The notes below the pieces were generated by a model. The model was not told the origin of the DNA. It did not search any database and saw only the letters and a list, made by a program, of their open reading frames with translations. From Escherichia phage vB_EcoM_OE5505, in sequence record NC_054926.1: DNA of 64,000 nucleotides; one strand, 5' to 3'. Shown here piece after piece: positions 62,513 through 64,000 of this stretch. Position 1 is the first letter of the stretch; each line of letters opens with the position of its first letter. The position numbers were made by a program, and so were the translations under genes.

Positions 62513-64000
<1,488 letters not shown>

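Overview
This window is a contiguous stretch of a T4-like (T-even) myovirus genome, running from the N-terminal end of gene 45 to the 5' end of gene 17. I found no obviously new multi-gene system; the unusual content is concentrated in the small-gene regions between the recognisable T4-type genes. All identifications rest on reading the translations and sequence directly and on recalled knowledge of T4; no searches were run. Coordinates 1-45075 are almost entirely minus-strand early/middle genes: 45, rpbA, 46, 47, a-gt, 55, nrdH-like, nrdG, nrdD, 49, nrdC, an 11-gene block up to rI/tk, regB, a GrcA-like gene, e, nudE, a tRNA cluster, internal-protein genes, 57B/57A, 1, 3, 2, 4. Coordinates 45123-64000 are plus-strand late structural genes: 53, 5, 5.4, 6-12, wac, 13-16 and the start of 17. 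Proteins such as gp45, a-gt, gp55, NrdC, Tk, rI, RegB, lysozyme e, gp1 and gp5 are near-identical to the T4 versions as I recall them. The window nevertheless differs from T4 in several ways: nrdD is uninterrupted (no group I intron), no mobD-like gene sits between nrdG and nrdD, the tRNA cluster carries Tyr, Asn, His and a CAU tRNA, and two HNH-type homing-endonuclease-like genes lie among the tRNAs. The most notable observations are listed here. (1) Four tandem paralogous genes with C-terminal coiled coils (14.7-18.7 kb). (2) Five genes with the MKTYQEF-type capsid-targeting leader, two of which look frameshifted at homopolymer runs. (3) A nucleotidyltransferase-fold gene next to a P-loop ATPase gene. 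(4) A macro-domain gene beside two secreted-protein genes. (5) Two repeated promoter/leader modules, one with covarying inverted repeats around the -10 box. Many ORF-track N-termini are non-ATG codons or promoter read-through; starts were re-set to the first ATG with a Shine-Dalgarno sequence where noted.
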